DNA of 64,000 nt from contig CAWFAK010000005.1 of NCBI GenBank assembly GCA_963813715.1, positions 704,001 through 768,000 of the forward strand, written 5' to 3'. The first letter of the stretch is position 1. The number at the start of each line of letters is the position of its first letter. Under the pieces are notes generated by a model that saw only the letters and a program-made list of their open reading frames with translations, had not been told where the DNA came from and ran no database searches. This stretch comes from an uncultured Planctomycetaceae bacterium (lineage in GTDB: Bacteria; Planctomycetota; Planctomycetia; Planctomycetales; Planctomycetaceae). The position numbers were made by a program, and so were the translations under genes. Below are positions 40,632 to 51,369 of the stretch, piece after piece.

Positions 40632-41645
40632 ATGCGAATTCGTTGGCGTGGTTTAGAGCTGCCCAGCCGAATGTTGAACGAGCGCGACGGCGCGAATCCC
40701 AATTATGGCCGCTTCATCGCGGAGCCGTTCGAGCGCGGCTTCGGCGCCACCATCGGCAACAGCCTCCGCCGCATCCTGCTGTCGAGCCTGGAAGGCAGCG
40801 CCGTGACCCGCGCCCGCATTCAGGGCGTGCAGCACGAATTCACGACGATTCCCGGCGTCGTCGAAGACGTCACCGACATCTGCCTCAACCTGAAGTCGCT
40901 GATCGTCAAGATGTCGACCCCCGGCACGCGGACGCTGCGGATCGAGCGGCACGAGCGGGGCGTGGTCACCGGCGCCGACGTGATGACCGACGATCAGACC
41001 GAGGTGATCAACAAGGACCTGATCATCGCCACGATGACCGACGACGTGCCGTTCAACATCGAGTTGACGGTCAAGACGGGCCGCGGCTACATCCCGGCGA
41101 CCGAGCAGGCCGAGCGCGAGCCGGAAGTTGGCGTGATCCCCCTCGATGCGGCCTACTCGCCGGTCACGCGCGTCCGCTACAAGATTGAGGACACCCGCGT
41201 CGGACAGCGGACCAACTACGACAAGTTGATCCTCGAAGTCTGGACCAACGGCACCGTCTCGCCCGACATGGCGGTGGTCGAGTCGGCCAAAATTCTCCGG
41301 AAGCACCTGAACCCGTTCATCTCCTACCGCGAGCCGGGGCCCGAGCTGCCGCCGGAAGGGGGCTTGCGGGGCATGCTGGAAGCGACCGGTTACGCTCCCG
41401 TCGATCTCGAGCTGGAAGAGAAGCTCAACCAGTCGCTGGCCGAGCTCAACCTGTCGGTTCGCGCGACGAACTGTCTCGAGTCCGAAGGCATCAATACCGT
41501 GCGCGATCTCGTGACGCGGAGCGAGGACCAACTGCTGCAGGTTCGCAACTTCGGCGAGACCACGTTGCAGGAAGTCCGCGAGCGGCTGGGCTCGATCGCC
41601 CTGCGGCTCGGAATGAAGCTGCCGCACCAAAGCTCGGTCGGCTAG
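40632..41645 (+). CDS. rpoA: DNA-directed RNA polymerase subunit alpha
   Basis: [54 protein letters not shown] and RNFG. Confidence 0.98.
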   Translation: MRIRWRGLELPSRMLNERDGANPNYGRFIAEPFERGFGATIGNSLRRILLSSLEGSAVTRARIQGVQHEFTTIPGVVEDVTDICLNLKSLIVKMSTPGTRTLRIERHERGVVTGADVMTDDQTEVINKDLIIATMTDDVPFNIELTVKTGRGYIPATEQAEREPEVGVIPLDAAYSPVTRVRYKIEDTRVGQRTNYDKLILEVWTNGTVSPDMAVVESAKILRKHLNPFISYREPGPELPPEGGLRGMLEATGYAPVDLELEEKLNQSLAELNLSVRATNCLESEGINTVRDLVTRSEDQLLQVRNFGETTLQEVRERLGSIALRLGMKLPHQSSVG

Positions 41646-41762
41646 GGAATTTGGCGATTCGCCCGTCCGCCGCGTGGAAACAACCGGCGGGCGGCGGCTA
41701 AGATACGACGTCTTTACGATCTTTAGATGAGGCGCGGCGCCTGCCGCGTGATTGGATAGACC

Positions 41763-42351
41763 ATGCGACACCGAAAAGCCGGCCGCAAGCTGGGCCGTAA
41801 TGCCTCGCATCGCAAGGCCCTCTTTCGCAATATGGCCGCGCAGCTGATCCGCTCGGTGCGGGTGGACGAAGAGGACAAGACCGGGCCCCAAGGTTCCCGG
41901 CCGCATCGTCACGACGTTGGCGAAGGCCAAGGAGCTGCGGCCCTACGTGGAAAAACTGGTCACGATGGGCGATCCGCGCGGCCGAACACTCGCAAAAGGC
42001 CCACGAGTTCCATAGCACGGCCGAACGAAACACGGCTGAATGGAAAAAGTGGCGCGAATCGGAGCAGTGGCAGAAGTGGAACCAGGCGGTCGCTCCCTCG
42101 GTGGCGCTTCCGTCGCCGCGGCGTTTTCCATCCTCCGCGATCGTGAGGCTGTGAGCGTCCTTTTTGACGAGCTCGCCGAGCGGTTCGCCGACCGGCCGGG
42201 CGGATACACCCGGGTCGTCCGCTTAGCTCAGGTCCGTCTGGGTGACGCGGGCCGCAAGGCCATTATCGAATTCACCGGCGAGCGCGATCGTGTGAAGGGC
42301 GGACGCCGCCGCGCGGCCCCGGTGGTCGCGGACAAGCGAGCCAAGTCATAA
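41763..42351 (+). CDS. rplQ: 50S ribosomal protein L17 with internal insertion (several indels at about 41885-42115)
   Basis: [23 protein letters not shown], alternative-frame [21 protein letters not shown], and C-terminal [26 protein letters not shown]. Confidence 0.93.
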
Positions 42352-42456
42352 CGGGAAGCCCGGAGCTGAATGGCCTTCGGGCCGAAGTGCCGCGGGAGAC
42401 GGCGCACGGCACTGCTTAGAAAAACGCCGTGAACCCAACAGGAAATCTCGCGCAGG

Positions 42457-43050
42457 ATGTGCGTGCCGAAAGGATTCGATTTCACGCGGGCGATGCGGAC
42501 GCTGTGCCACGATGTGACGCAGCGGCTGGACGACTTTCGTCACGTCCGCATCGACGAGGTGGCGATCACTTTCGCCCAAGCCCGCCGCCGCGTCCCGCAT
42601 GGCTTGCAGGCCAAGCTCACGCCGATGCGGTTTGAGGACGGCTCGCTCCTGACCCGCCGCGGCGGTCGCGCCTGGACGCTCGAGCGTCTCTACGACGGCG
42701 ACCGCGAAATGCTCTACATCCTGACCTTCTATCTGCCGCGGTTTCTCGACCATTCGTTCCGGGAAAAACTGATCACAATTTTCCACGAGCTGTATCACAT
42801 CGGCCCGAAGTTCAACGGCGACATTCGCCGCATGAACGGCCGGTACCACGTCCACACCCACAGCCAGTGCGAGTACGACCGGGCGATGGGCACGCTCGTG
42901 AGCGAGTATCTCCGACTCTCGCCACCGGCGGAGTGCGTCGATTTCCTGCGGCACGATTTCCGCGGACTTTGCGCGCGTTACGGGGCCGTGCTGGGCAAGC
43001 GAATCGCCGCTCCTAAATTAATCGAGATCCCCAGCGCCAAGTCGGCCTGA
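42457..43050 (+). CDS. putative zinc metallopeptidase (HExxH)
   Basis: YILTFYLPRFLD...KLITIFHELYHI..KFNGDIRR; start uncertain. Confidence 0.7.
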   Translation: MCVPKGFDFTRAMRTLCHDVTQRLDDFRHVRIDEVAITFAQARRRVPHGLQAKLTPMRFEDGSLLTRRGGRAWTLERLYDGDREMLYILTFYLPRFLDHSFREKLITIFHELYHIGPKFNGDIRRMNGRYHVHTHSQCEYDRAMGTLVSEYLRLSPPAECVDFLRHDFRGLCARYGAVLGKRIAAPKLIEIPSAKSA

Positions 43051-43143
43051 CGGCCGGCAGCTGTCGCGAGGTCGGCATGAGGCGCCTCGATCGTCGAGTC
43101 GCGACCCGCGTCCGTTATTCACGCGGCCCAAGGGCCGATGGCG

Positions 43144-44084
43144 TTACCGCGAGGCGGAGGCTCGCACCGGAGCCGTTTTCCCGACGTGAGCCGCGGCCTT
43201 GGCCTTGATTTCTTCGGCCTTCGAGACCTGGGGGTTGGGAGTGGCGTCGCCGCTCTCCAAGCCGCGAATCCAGCGGACGGCTCCCTCGACCGACTTGAGG
43301 AAGGTTCTTGTTGGTCCAGGTCGTCTCGTTGTGTCCCAGGTTGGTGTAGAAGACCTTGCCCTGGCCCCAGTCCTTCACCCAGGCCAGCGGCATGGCCCAG
43401 GGGGAAGTCGGGTCGTTGCGTGGCTTGAAGTATGCGTTTTTCCCGCCTTTGTCGAGAATCGGCATGCACTTCTCCATATTGAGACCCATCAACAAGTGAA
43501 CCTTGTCGGGCTGCCAGTGGCGGTACCGGTAGATCTCGTCCTTGATCGTGAACTCGCGACCGAACGGCCGCGACGCGGGATGCTCGGTGTCGTAGACGTC
43601 AACGGTCACGAGCTTGCCCGAGGTCCACGGATGGCTGACGAACGTTCCGCCGATCATCTGCCAGTACGTTTCGTTCTCGTGATAGGTGTCGGTCGCGGAG
43701 TGGAAGCCCATGAACCCGTGGCCCTTTTGCTTGAGCCAGTCGTTGATGAAGTAGTCGAGGTTCTCGGGGCTGATCGGCAGATCGCCCGTCGTGTAGAACA
43801 TCACGATGTCGTAGTTCTTGAGGTTGTCCTTCGTGATGTCGGCGGCGCGCGTCCTGCGTGCAATGCAGGTCGTAGAGGCCGGTCTGCTGGCCGAGCTGCG
43901 TCATCGCGATTTCCGCCGGGGCGAGCGTCTCTTTGCGTCGGTTCACCGAACCGTGCACGAACCCTTTGCTCTGCGTGAGAAACAGGGCCTTGACCTTGGT
44001 CGCGGGCTCATCGGCCGACCGCGCGGGCGGCGCCAGAGCGAGCGAAAGGAGAGCCGCACCGATCATCGCGAATCGCAACTTCAT
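43144..44084 (-). CDS. secreted ThuA-like (class I glutamine amidotransferase-like fold) protein (indels at about 43845 and 43300)
   Basis: Signal peptide, TQSKGFVHGS, FYTTG, GFMGFHSATDT, GGTFVSHPW, KDEIY and GQGKVFYTNLGH; corrected stop TAA at 43144-43146. Confidence 0.85.
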
Positions 44085-44447
44085 TGCAGGTTTCCTCCGG
44101 GAAGGGTCGTTTCAGGTCGGGAGGGAGGCGGGGCGGGGTGAAGGGCCGCACGTCGCTGAACGTCGGCCATCATAGCGCACTGAACCCAGCCGCACAAACG
44201 CACGCCACGCGGCGGGAGGCGGTCGCGACTACGGGCGGCGCCCGACTTTATGGCGGGCGGCGGGGAGCGGGCGGCCGGGGTCTCAACACCGCCGGATTGG
44301 GCACCCATCCACGCATCGACACGCGTTGGCGCAGCAGCGGGGAATCGCCGGCGGCGTGGCATGGCTTTGGAAACCGGCCCCTGATTGACATGGCCGTTTC
44401 GACCGGGTTACAACGGATTTCCCGAGAAACAACGAGAGGTACCGGCT

Positions 44448-45610
44448 ATGAACCGCACGATTGGCAGATTTTTGATTCTTGGTGTTGTGGGACTCGCCCT
44501 GAGCCTGGGTGGTCGCTCCACCGCTAAGGCCCAATGGTCCTGGTGGGATGGCGGCTATTACAACTACGGTGTGGGCTACTCCCCCTACGCGTACGGCTAC
44601 GGCTATTCCCCGTACAGTACCAATTACTGGCCCAGCCAGTATTACGTCGGATACGGCAGTTACTCCTCTGTCCACGAGTATGGCCCGGCTCCTGCTGCGG
44701 CGGTTGCGGCAGCTGCGGCGGTGGTTGTGGCAGCTCTTGTGGATCGTGCTGCGGATTCCTCGTGTTGCAGCTCGGGATGCTGCGGATTGGCAGTTGTGGC
44801 GGTGGCTGCGGAGTTGCCAGCTGCGGCGGCCCTGTGGTTCGGGTTGTGGGCTGGCCTGCGGACCGAGTTGTGGCTGCTCCGAGCGGCTGCGGGGTCATCG
44901 GCTCGAGCGGTTGCGGAGCCACGACTGCCGGCTCCCGCAGGAAGCCCAGACCAATTCCCGAGGGCGAATTCCAGCCGCGCACGCCTACGATCCGGACGCG
45001 CCGCCGCGGACTGAACGAGCGTTCGCCTAAGCCGGACTTCGCCGACGTCGGCCAGCGGCCCGGGATCGGCGGGCCCTCCGCTGCCGGAGCCGATGCGGAC
45101 CCGGGCACCGGACGCTACTCGCGCGATCGTGCGGGCGACGGAGCCCAAGCCGGCTCCGACACAGCCGCTGAAAGATAAAGATTTGACCTGCCGGCGACCA
45201 AGCCGAGCACGACGACTCCTCCGCCGGGCGGGGCTTCGAAGGGCGACGACATGCCGTTTGAAACCAAGAAGCCGATTCTGCAGCGCGGAACCGATAAGAA
45301 AGCGCCAATCTCCACTCCGGACGATGCGGTGCCCGAGGACACTTCTTCCAAGAAGAAAGCGAAGCCCGACACCAATCCGGATCTGAAAAAGCCGTCCGCA
45401 GAACTCGAGGACAAGTCGAACGAGCGAACGCGGCAGAATGCTCCTGCGCTTACGCTGCAGGATCGATCGACCTGGCATTTGACGGGCGTGTCGCGACCGC
45501 TCTTTGGTCGCATTGCCAACCGTCCCGCCCCGACTCCCGAGCGGCTGACCTCGTCGAACGGCGATTGGGCCGTCTTCTCGGCCGACGAAGCGCAGGTCGT
45601 TCGTCGCTAG
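44448..45610 (+). CDS. secreted low-complexity protein with Tyr/Gly-rich, Cys/Gly-rich and Pro/charged segments (several indels)
   Basis: Signal peptide MNRTIGRFLILGVVGLALSLGGRSTAKA, YYNYGVGYSPYAYGYGYSPY, and GSCCGGCGSCGGGCGSSCGSCCG...CGSGCGLACGPSCGC spread over frames; tail in ORF 45251..45610. Confidence 0.6.
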
Positions 45611-46119
45611 TTCTGCGAATCGATTTTGCAGTCCAAATCACGAGGCGCCCGCGCTGTTGTGCGGGCGTCTCGGCGTTTGCGGCCGTGGGCCGGTTGCGGC
45701 GAGTTGTTTCGACGTCCCCCTGGCGGTGGTCTGGAAGCGGCCCGAACGGTTTGACTAGATTCGCTGGTCAGCGCATTCCGCGCCTCCACCCTCTTTGCTC
45801 CGTGCGTAACGTGCGAGTGACGGACGCTGGCGGCGAGGTCTCGTTTGGGTCGCAAGTGCCAGCGGCGGGCCGACATTTTGCGACGCCCAGGCGAACGGGC
45901 AAAATCGGCCGTTTTTTGCTGCCCTTTGGCACGCCGGGAGGGTCGCGGCGAAGGGCCATCTTTTCCGGTTTAAAGTGGCCGCAGAACGTATATTTGTAGT
46001 GGCGGATTCGATTCAGTCTTTGCTAGACTTGTTCGATATTAAGCCGTGTTTGGCGCGGTCCGCTGTCGGGCGGGATCGCTCTTTACCAACTCGAAGTTTC
46101 GGACTGGGAAGGGTTACGG

Positions 46120-46299
46120 ATGAGTAGCTCGATGTTGCTCGAGCCTTCGATCGAAGGGGGCTCGGAAGTCGATCCGATTGAGGAGATTCGTCTCCGCACG
46201 TGGGCTCGGAAGAATTACGCTCCGATGCATAAACGCGACGAAACGCTGCATCCAATCATCCTGGACGAGATGAAGCGCAAGGACGAAGAGAAGAACTAA
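46120..46299 (+). CDS. 59-aa small protein (not in ORF track)
   Basis: MSSSMLLEPSIEGGSEVDPIEEIRLRTWARKNYAPMHKRDETLHPIILDEMKRKDEEKN*; SD-like GGGAAGGG upstream and terminator downstream. Confidence 0.75.
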   Translation: MSSSMLLEPSIEGGSEVDPIEEIRLRTWARKNYAPMHKRDETLHPIILDEMKRKDEEKN

Positions 46300-46404
46300 C
46301 GTTCGCCGGCCCCTCGCGCCGGGGTTGGTATCGTGCGATGCGCTCTCGTGGAGTCGGTCGCAAGGTCGCGGCCGCTAACGCGCGAAACTGCTTCACCAGC
46401 GCAT

Positions 46405-46440
46405 AAAAAAACGCCCGGATCATCCGGGCGTTTTTCGTTT
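46405..46440. terminator. bidirectional intrinsic terminator
   Basis: AAAAAAACGCCCGGAT-C-ATCCGGGCGTTTTT: perfect GC stem with A-run and T-run, between convergent genes. Confidence 0.85.
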
Positions 46441-46464
46441 CGAGTCGTTGCTTGTGCGACGAGA

Positions 46465-47160
46465 TCAGTTGGAGCCGCGATACGAGGTCGGCTCGCCGGC
46501 GCCGCGTCCGTTGGTCGGCTGAGTTTCACTCGGCGGCTGTTCCGAGGTATTGGCCCGGCTCTGCGGCATGCTTTCGTTGCCGCGGCTCTGGGCCGGCTTA
46601 GTCCAGTTGGCCACCGACCAGTACGGATAGTTTTCAACCACGGCCGCGCCCAGATCCTGCAGCACTTCACGGAAGCGGGCCGTCGTCATGTTTTCATTCG
46701 AGACGACGCGTTCGAGCACGAAGCGAGTGTTGGCGGGGATGTAGGCGAAGAACTTGCCGTTGCCCAGCGTGTCGTTCTTTGCCAAGAGCCGCAACAAGGC
46801 CGTGCGGGGCACCTCGGCCGCCGTCTTCGGGCACTGATCGAGCCAGGCCATCACCCAGACGGTGTTGCCGTTCTCGCTGAGCACGGCCGACATCGACAGG
46901 GTCCATGGCTCCTTGTTGTAGGTGGCCGGGAAGCTGAAGTCGAAGCGGCGTTCATCCAGCTTCACCTGAATGCCCATCGCCCGAATCAGCGTGCCCAGTT
47001 CCTCCTGGCTCAGGTGGCCGGGAACCGACTGTTCGGCCGGTGCCGCCGCGTGGCCGCCTCCTGGATCGGCGGCCCGCAGCTGATGGGCGGCCGCCAGCGT
47101 GCAGCTTGACGCCAGCACAAACCCTCCGATGATCCACCACGTGCGACTAGGCGTCCGCAT
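46465..47160 (-). CDS. exported hypothetical protein, possible T3SS-chaperone/YbjN-like fold
   Basis: Signal peptide; LSENGNTVWVMAWL...LLRLLAKND..G...F...LERVVSN..MT...FREVL. Confidence 0.65.
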   Translation of the reverse strand: MRTPSRTWWIIGGFVLASSCTLAAAHQLRAADPGGGHAAAPAEQSVPGHLSQEELGTLIRAMGIQVKLDERRFDFSFPATYNKEPWTLSMSAVLSENGNTVWVMAWLDQCPKTAAEVPRTALLRLLAKNDTLGNGKFFAYIPANTRFVLERVVSNENMTTARFREVLQDLGAAVVENYPYWSVANWTKPAQSRGNESMPQSRANTSEQPPSETQPTNGRGAGEPTSYRGSN

Positions 47161-47286
47161 GACACGACACTCCTTTGTCTGGTCAATTCGTCCCTGACAG
47201 CCGGGAGGGCTGCCGCCAAGCAGGCTCGGTCCTCCGAGGCCGGCGGCGCTGCCGAAATGTTCGTTTCGGAGCTTCAGGAAGACTGG

Positions 47287-47889
47287 CTAAAAGAGATGTT
47301 TGAGGCAGATTTGCGACCAGGTCTCGAAACTCTCGAGCTCGCTGGTCAACTTTGCGGGTAAGGCAAAGCCTGTCTCTATAATCGACTCTTCGCGTGGGCG
47401 GACTTTGGGCGCTTCGAGCTCAAAGAGATGCACGATGCCTAAATGCACGCGGCCGACGTCGGTCTGATCGTCGTTAATCAGGCCTACGCAGCTCTCCGTG
47501 AACGCCGACTCGAGGAAGACTTCCTCGTCGATTTCGCGGCGCATCGCGGCCAAATACGACTCGCGGGCCGTGTCGGCGTCGGTGGAGGCGATATGCCCGC
47601 CAATGCCGACCGAACGCAGGCTGTGCAGTCTCGCCTCTCCCTGTGCCTTGCCCCGCTTGTAATGAAACACCTCGCCCTGGCTGCGGAAGATGCAATACGG
47701 AATCAGCTGCTTGTAGCTGGGGTCGGTCTCGACCTCGTCCCGCGGCCGATAGGTCGTGTAGTTGGGGTCGAAGAGGGTTTTAAAGTAGGGCTGGGCGTCG
47801 GCCAGAAACCCCTGAAAGTGTCCGAGTTCGTGAAACAGCAACGTTGGGATGCAGAGCACGCGCTCGGCGGACATCTGGCTGACGGACAT
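47287..47889 (-). CDS. predicted NUDIX-like phosphoesterase
   Basis: [17 protein letters not shown]...[15 protein letters not shown] and GLINDD...VGRVHLG. Confidence 0.85.
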   Translation of the reverse strand: MSVSQMSAERVLCIPTLLFHELGHFQGFLADAQPYFKTLFDPNYTTYRPRDEVETDPSYKQLIPYCIFRSQGEVFHYKRGKAQGEARLHSLRSVGIGGHIASTDADTARESYLAAMRREIDEEVFLESAFTESCVGLINDDQTDVGRVHLGIVHLFELEAPKVRPREESIIETGFALPAKLTSELESFETWSQICLKHLF

Positions 47890-47909
47890 GGCGATTGTCT
47901 CCTTATCAA

Positions 47910-48737
47910 TCAGGGGCGTGAGGTTCGAGATTCCGTATGAACGTCGACGGTGGGAACCGGGCCGAGCAAATCGGCGATCGTCGCGGCGACGTTGCCCGAT
48001 CGCATGAGTGTCTCGCCGACCAGGATAGCCCGCACGCCGGCCGCGCGGAGGCGAGCCACATCGTCGCTGGTGCGAATGCCGCTCTCGCTGACGAGGATCG
48101 TCTGGGCGGCGGCGCGGGGAGCCAGTTCCAGCGTGTGATCTAAGTCGGTGGCGAACGTGCGCAGGTCGCGGTTGTTGATGCCGACGATCGCTGGCTCCAA
48201 CTCCAGCACGCGATCGAGATTCTCCGCGTCGTAAATTTCGACGAGCGCGTCCATGCCCAATTCCGACGCGTAGAAGTACAGCTCTCGCAGCCGGCAGTTG
48301 TCCAGGCATTCGGCGATCAATAGCACGCAGTCGGCGCCGGCGGCGCGGGCCTCGAGCACCTGATAGCGATCGATCAGGAAATCCTTCCGCAGGACCGGGA
48401 CCGACACGGCTTGTCGCACCCGCACCAGGTCGTCGAGCGAGCCTTGAAAGAACTTTTCATCCGTCAGCACGCTGAGGCACGCCGCGCCGCACCGTTCATA
48501 GGTCTGGCCGACGGCGACCGGATCGATGTCGCCGCGAATTAGGCCGGCCGACGGCGAGGCCCGCTTGACCTCGGCAATCAATGCCACGGGGCCGTGGGCA
48601 GCCAAGGCGGCGGCGAAGCCTCGCACCGCGGGGGCGTCGGCCAGACGCCGCTGGAGCTCGTGCGGAGGGACGGCCGATTTGGCTCGTTCCAGTTCGCTTC
48701 TCTTGTGTTCGACGATTTCGCGTAGCACGTCCGGCAT
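47910..48737 (-). CDS. trpC: indole-3-glycerol phosphate synthase
   Basis: [41 protein letters not shown] and LVGETLM. Confidence 0.96.
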   Translation of the reverse strand: MPDVLREIVEHKRSELERAKSAVPPHELQRRLADAPAVRGFAAALAAHGPVALIAEVKRASPSAGLIRGDIDPVAVGQTYERCGAACLSVLTDEKFFQGSLDDLVRVRQAVSVPVLRKDFLIDRYQVLEARAAGADCVLLIAECLDNCRLRELYFYASELGMDALVEIYDAENLDRVLELEPAIVGINNRDLRTFATDLDHTLELAPRAAAQTILVSESGIRTSDDVARLRAAGVRAILVGETLMRSGNVAATIADLLGPVPTVDVHTESRTSRP

Positions 48738-48840
48738 GGCCGTTCGATCATACAGGCCCGCCGCGCGTCGAGAAACCACGGGCCCGGCAAGCGACAACCC
48801 CCGGCATCAGATAAAGTGATAGATCCAGTAGTTATCGATC

Positions 48841-49710
48841 TTGGCGCAACTTTCCAGACTGTCCGCGGACGACCGAGATTCGACGCCTGATCCAACCGAC
48901 ATGCCCGACGCACCCGATCCAATTCCCACCGTTCTGCTCGTGGCGCTGTTCCTGGTGCTGGCCGAGATTGTCCGCGCGTTTTCCAGTGGAACTCTACACG
49001 CGCCGCAGCCCCCCCGGCGAACGCTCCAGTTCGATTGGGTCGTGCTGCTCGCGGCGGCATCCTTCATTCTGCTCAATCTGATTCCAGTTCTTTTGCGTCC
49101 GTTAATTGGCGGCCCAGAGCCGGAGCCCAAACACCCGCCGACGAACTTCCTGATCGTGGTTTCGATTTTCTTCAACTTCGCCATGCTGATGGTGCTGCTC
49201 GCGGTGATTCCCGCCCGACAGAAGAATCGTCTGACTGACTACGGCATCGACCGGCGCGGCTGGCTGGCCGAGGTTCGTTACGGGGGCCTCGGCTTTTTGG
49301 CGTGCTTGCCCTTCGTGATCCTGGTGATGGGTCTGGTCAGCCGTTGGCGGAGCCCGGACACGCAGAACGCGCTCTTGATCCTGCTGCGACAGGCGGGCAA
49401 CGAGTGGACGATCGTTGGCGTTGTGTTTACGGCCGTGGTGTCGGCGCCGCTCACCGAGGAACTGTTGTTTCGCGTCGCCTTTCAGGGATCGCTGGAAACG
49501 CGTCTGCCGCTCCCCTGGGCGATCGGCATTCCGGCCGTGATTTTTGCCTCGGTGCACGGCCGCTACGATGCGCTGCCCCTCCTGCCTCTGGCCATTGTGC
49601 TGGGCGTGCTCTACCACCTGCGCCGCAGCTATGTGGCCTGCGTGACGACGCACGCGATGTTCAACGCCACGTTTTTGGTCCTCGCGCTTTGGCAGCGGCA
49701 AGCCGCCTGA
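48841..49710 (+). CDS. CPBP (Abi/CAAX-type) intramembrane metalloprotease
   Basis: Multi-TM; APLTEELLFR, FASVH and THAMFN. Start uncertain. Confidence 0.88.
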   Translation: MAQLSRLSADDRDSTPDPTDMPDAPDPIPTVLLVALFLVLAEIVRAFSSGTLHAPQPPRRTLQFDWVVLLAAASFILLNLIPVLLRPLIGGPEPEPKHPPTNFLIVVSIFFNFAMLMVLLAVIPARQKNRLTDYGIDRRGWLAEVRYGGLGFLACLPFVILVMGLVSRWRSPDTQNALLILLRQAGNEWTIVGVVFTAVVSAPLTEELLFRVAFQGSLETRLPLPWAIGIPAVIFASVHGRYDALPLLPLAIVLGVLYHLRRSYVACVTTHAMFNATFLVLALWQRQAA

Positions 49711-49866
49711 GCAGCCGAGCGAACGGCACCGGAGTGGTGGTTGCACCCGGGCGAGGCGCGGACGCTGGCAGCCAGGCGCGGCGCCTGATAAGTTCCGTGC
49801 GGACAGCCCATGCGTTCGGGCTCCAACCGCGGCACATCCGGCCGCCCCAGCGAACGAAGGTTGCGC

Positions 49867-51099
49867 GTGGTCGCGTTTTTACCGGTCGACGAACAGTTGG
49901 CGATCATTCGCCGCGGGGCGGAAAAAATCCTGCCCGATGAGGAGCTGGTCGCGCGGCTGAAGCAGAGCCGCGATACGGGCGTGCCTTTGCGCGTGAAGTA
50001 CGGCATCGATCCGACGGGCATCGACGTCCATCTGGGACACACGGTGCCGATGCGGAAGATGCGGCAGTTTCAAGAACTGGGCCACCAGGCCGTGATCATC
50101 ATCGGCGACTACACAGCCCGCGTCGGTGACCCGAGCGGCCGCGATTCGACTCGCGCCCGCCTGACCGGCGAACAGGTCGATCGCAACGCCGAAACCTACC
50201 TGACCCAGCTCGGCCGCGTGCTCGACTTGTCCAAGACCGAGGTCGTCCGCAACGGCGATTGGTTCGCGAAAATGTCGTTCGCGGAGCTGCTCGAGCTTTG
50301 CGGCAAGGTGACCGTGGCACAGCTGCTCACGCGCGACGACTTCGCCAAGCGAATGCAGACCGAGTCGCCGATCTTTCTGCACGAATGCTTGTACCCGGTG
50401 ATGCAGGCCTGGGACTCGGTGATGGTGCGGGCCGATGTCGAGCTGGGAGGCACGGAGCAGCTTTACAGCTTCATGCTGGCCCGCGACCTCCAGCGGCTGC
50501 AGCAGATGCCGTCACAGATCGCCCTGATGATGCCGATCCTGGTCGGCCTCGACGGCGTGCGCCGCATGGGCAAGAGCCTGGGTAACTACATCGGCATCGG
50601 CGAACAGCCGTACGACATGATGAAGAAGTTCATGCAGGTGCCCGACGCGATGATGCCCATGTACTTCGAGCTGCTGACCGATTTTCCGCTCGACGAGGCC
50701 CGGACTCAAATCGCCGCCGACCCCAAACAGGCCAAGCTCACCTTGGGCCGCACGGTGATCGGGCAGTATTACGCCGCTGCCGAAGCGGAGGCAGCAGCCG
50801 ACCAGTGGGAACGCGAAGTCGGCCAGGGAGGCGTCCCCAGCGACGTTCCCGAAGCGTCCTTGCCCGCCGGCGAGCTCGATTCCGCCGGCCAAATCTCCGC
50901 GCTGGGGCTGCTCAAGGCCCTGAAGCTCTGCGCGAGCACGAGCGAGGCCATTCGACTGATCGACGGGGGCGGTGCCTATCTGTACAACGGCGCCGACAAG
51001 ACGCGGATAGAAACCGGCAAACAAATGCTCACGGTGACTAGCGGGATGATCGTGCGGGCCGGCAAGAAGAAGGCGTGTCGCGTGCGAATTGAGCCATAA
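49867..51099 (+). CDS. tyrS: tyrosine--tRNA ligase
   Basis: KYGIDPTG.DVHLGH (HIGH), IGDYTARVGDPSGR, YPVMQAWDS, ELGGTEQ, RMGKSLGNYI and S4-like C-terminal domain. Confidence 0.96.
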   Translation: MVAFLPVDEQLAIIRRGAEKILPDEELVARLKQSRDTGVPLRVKYGIDPTGIDVHLGHTVPMRKMRQFQELGHQAVIIIGDYTARVGDPSGRDSTRARLTGEQVDRNAETYLTQLGRVLDLSKTEVVRNGDWFAKMSFAELLELCGKVTVAQLLTRDDFAKRMQTESPIFLHECLYPVMQAWDSVMVRADVELGGTEQLYSFMLARDLQRLQQMPSQIALMMPILVGLDGVRRMGKSLGNYIGIGEQPYDMMKKFMQVPDAMMPMYFELLTDFPLDEARTQIAADPKQAKLTLGRTVIGQYYAAAEAEAAADQWEREVGQGGVPSDVPEASLPAGELDSAGQISALGLLKALKLCASTSEAIRLIDGGGAYLYNGADKTRIETGKQMLTVTSGMIVRAGKKKACRVRIEP

Positions 51100-51369
51100 C
51101 CCTCTGTCGGGCGCGACCTGTGGTCGAAACCGGCCCAAGTGCCGTCGAGACAAAAACTGGCGATCCAATCGTCCTTTTGGTGTGTCTTCGTTGTCAGGGG
51201 TCTTACGTGGTCGCGGAGAGTCGGGGCTGGGCCGAGGTGGTTGCGGTCTGGCCGGTAAAGGCCGCGATCACGCAGTCCCTGTAAAAGCCAGTCCCTGTAT
51301 AAGGCGGAGGCGAAGGCGCGTATAATGGTCGCAAATCTCGATCGGCTCGTTTGGTCCGCGGTGCTTCCG

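Noticed and set aside
42457..43050. Prophage remnant suggested by a phage-like metallopeptidase
   Set aside because: No integrase, structural genes, att sites or obvious compositional shift.
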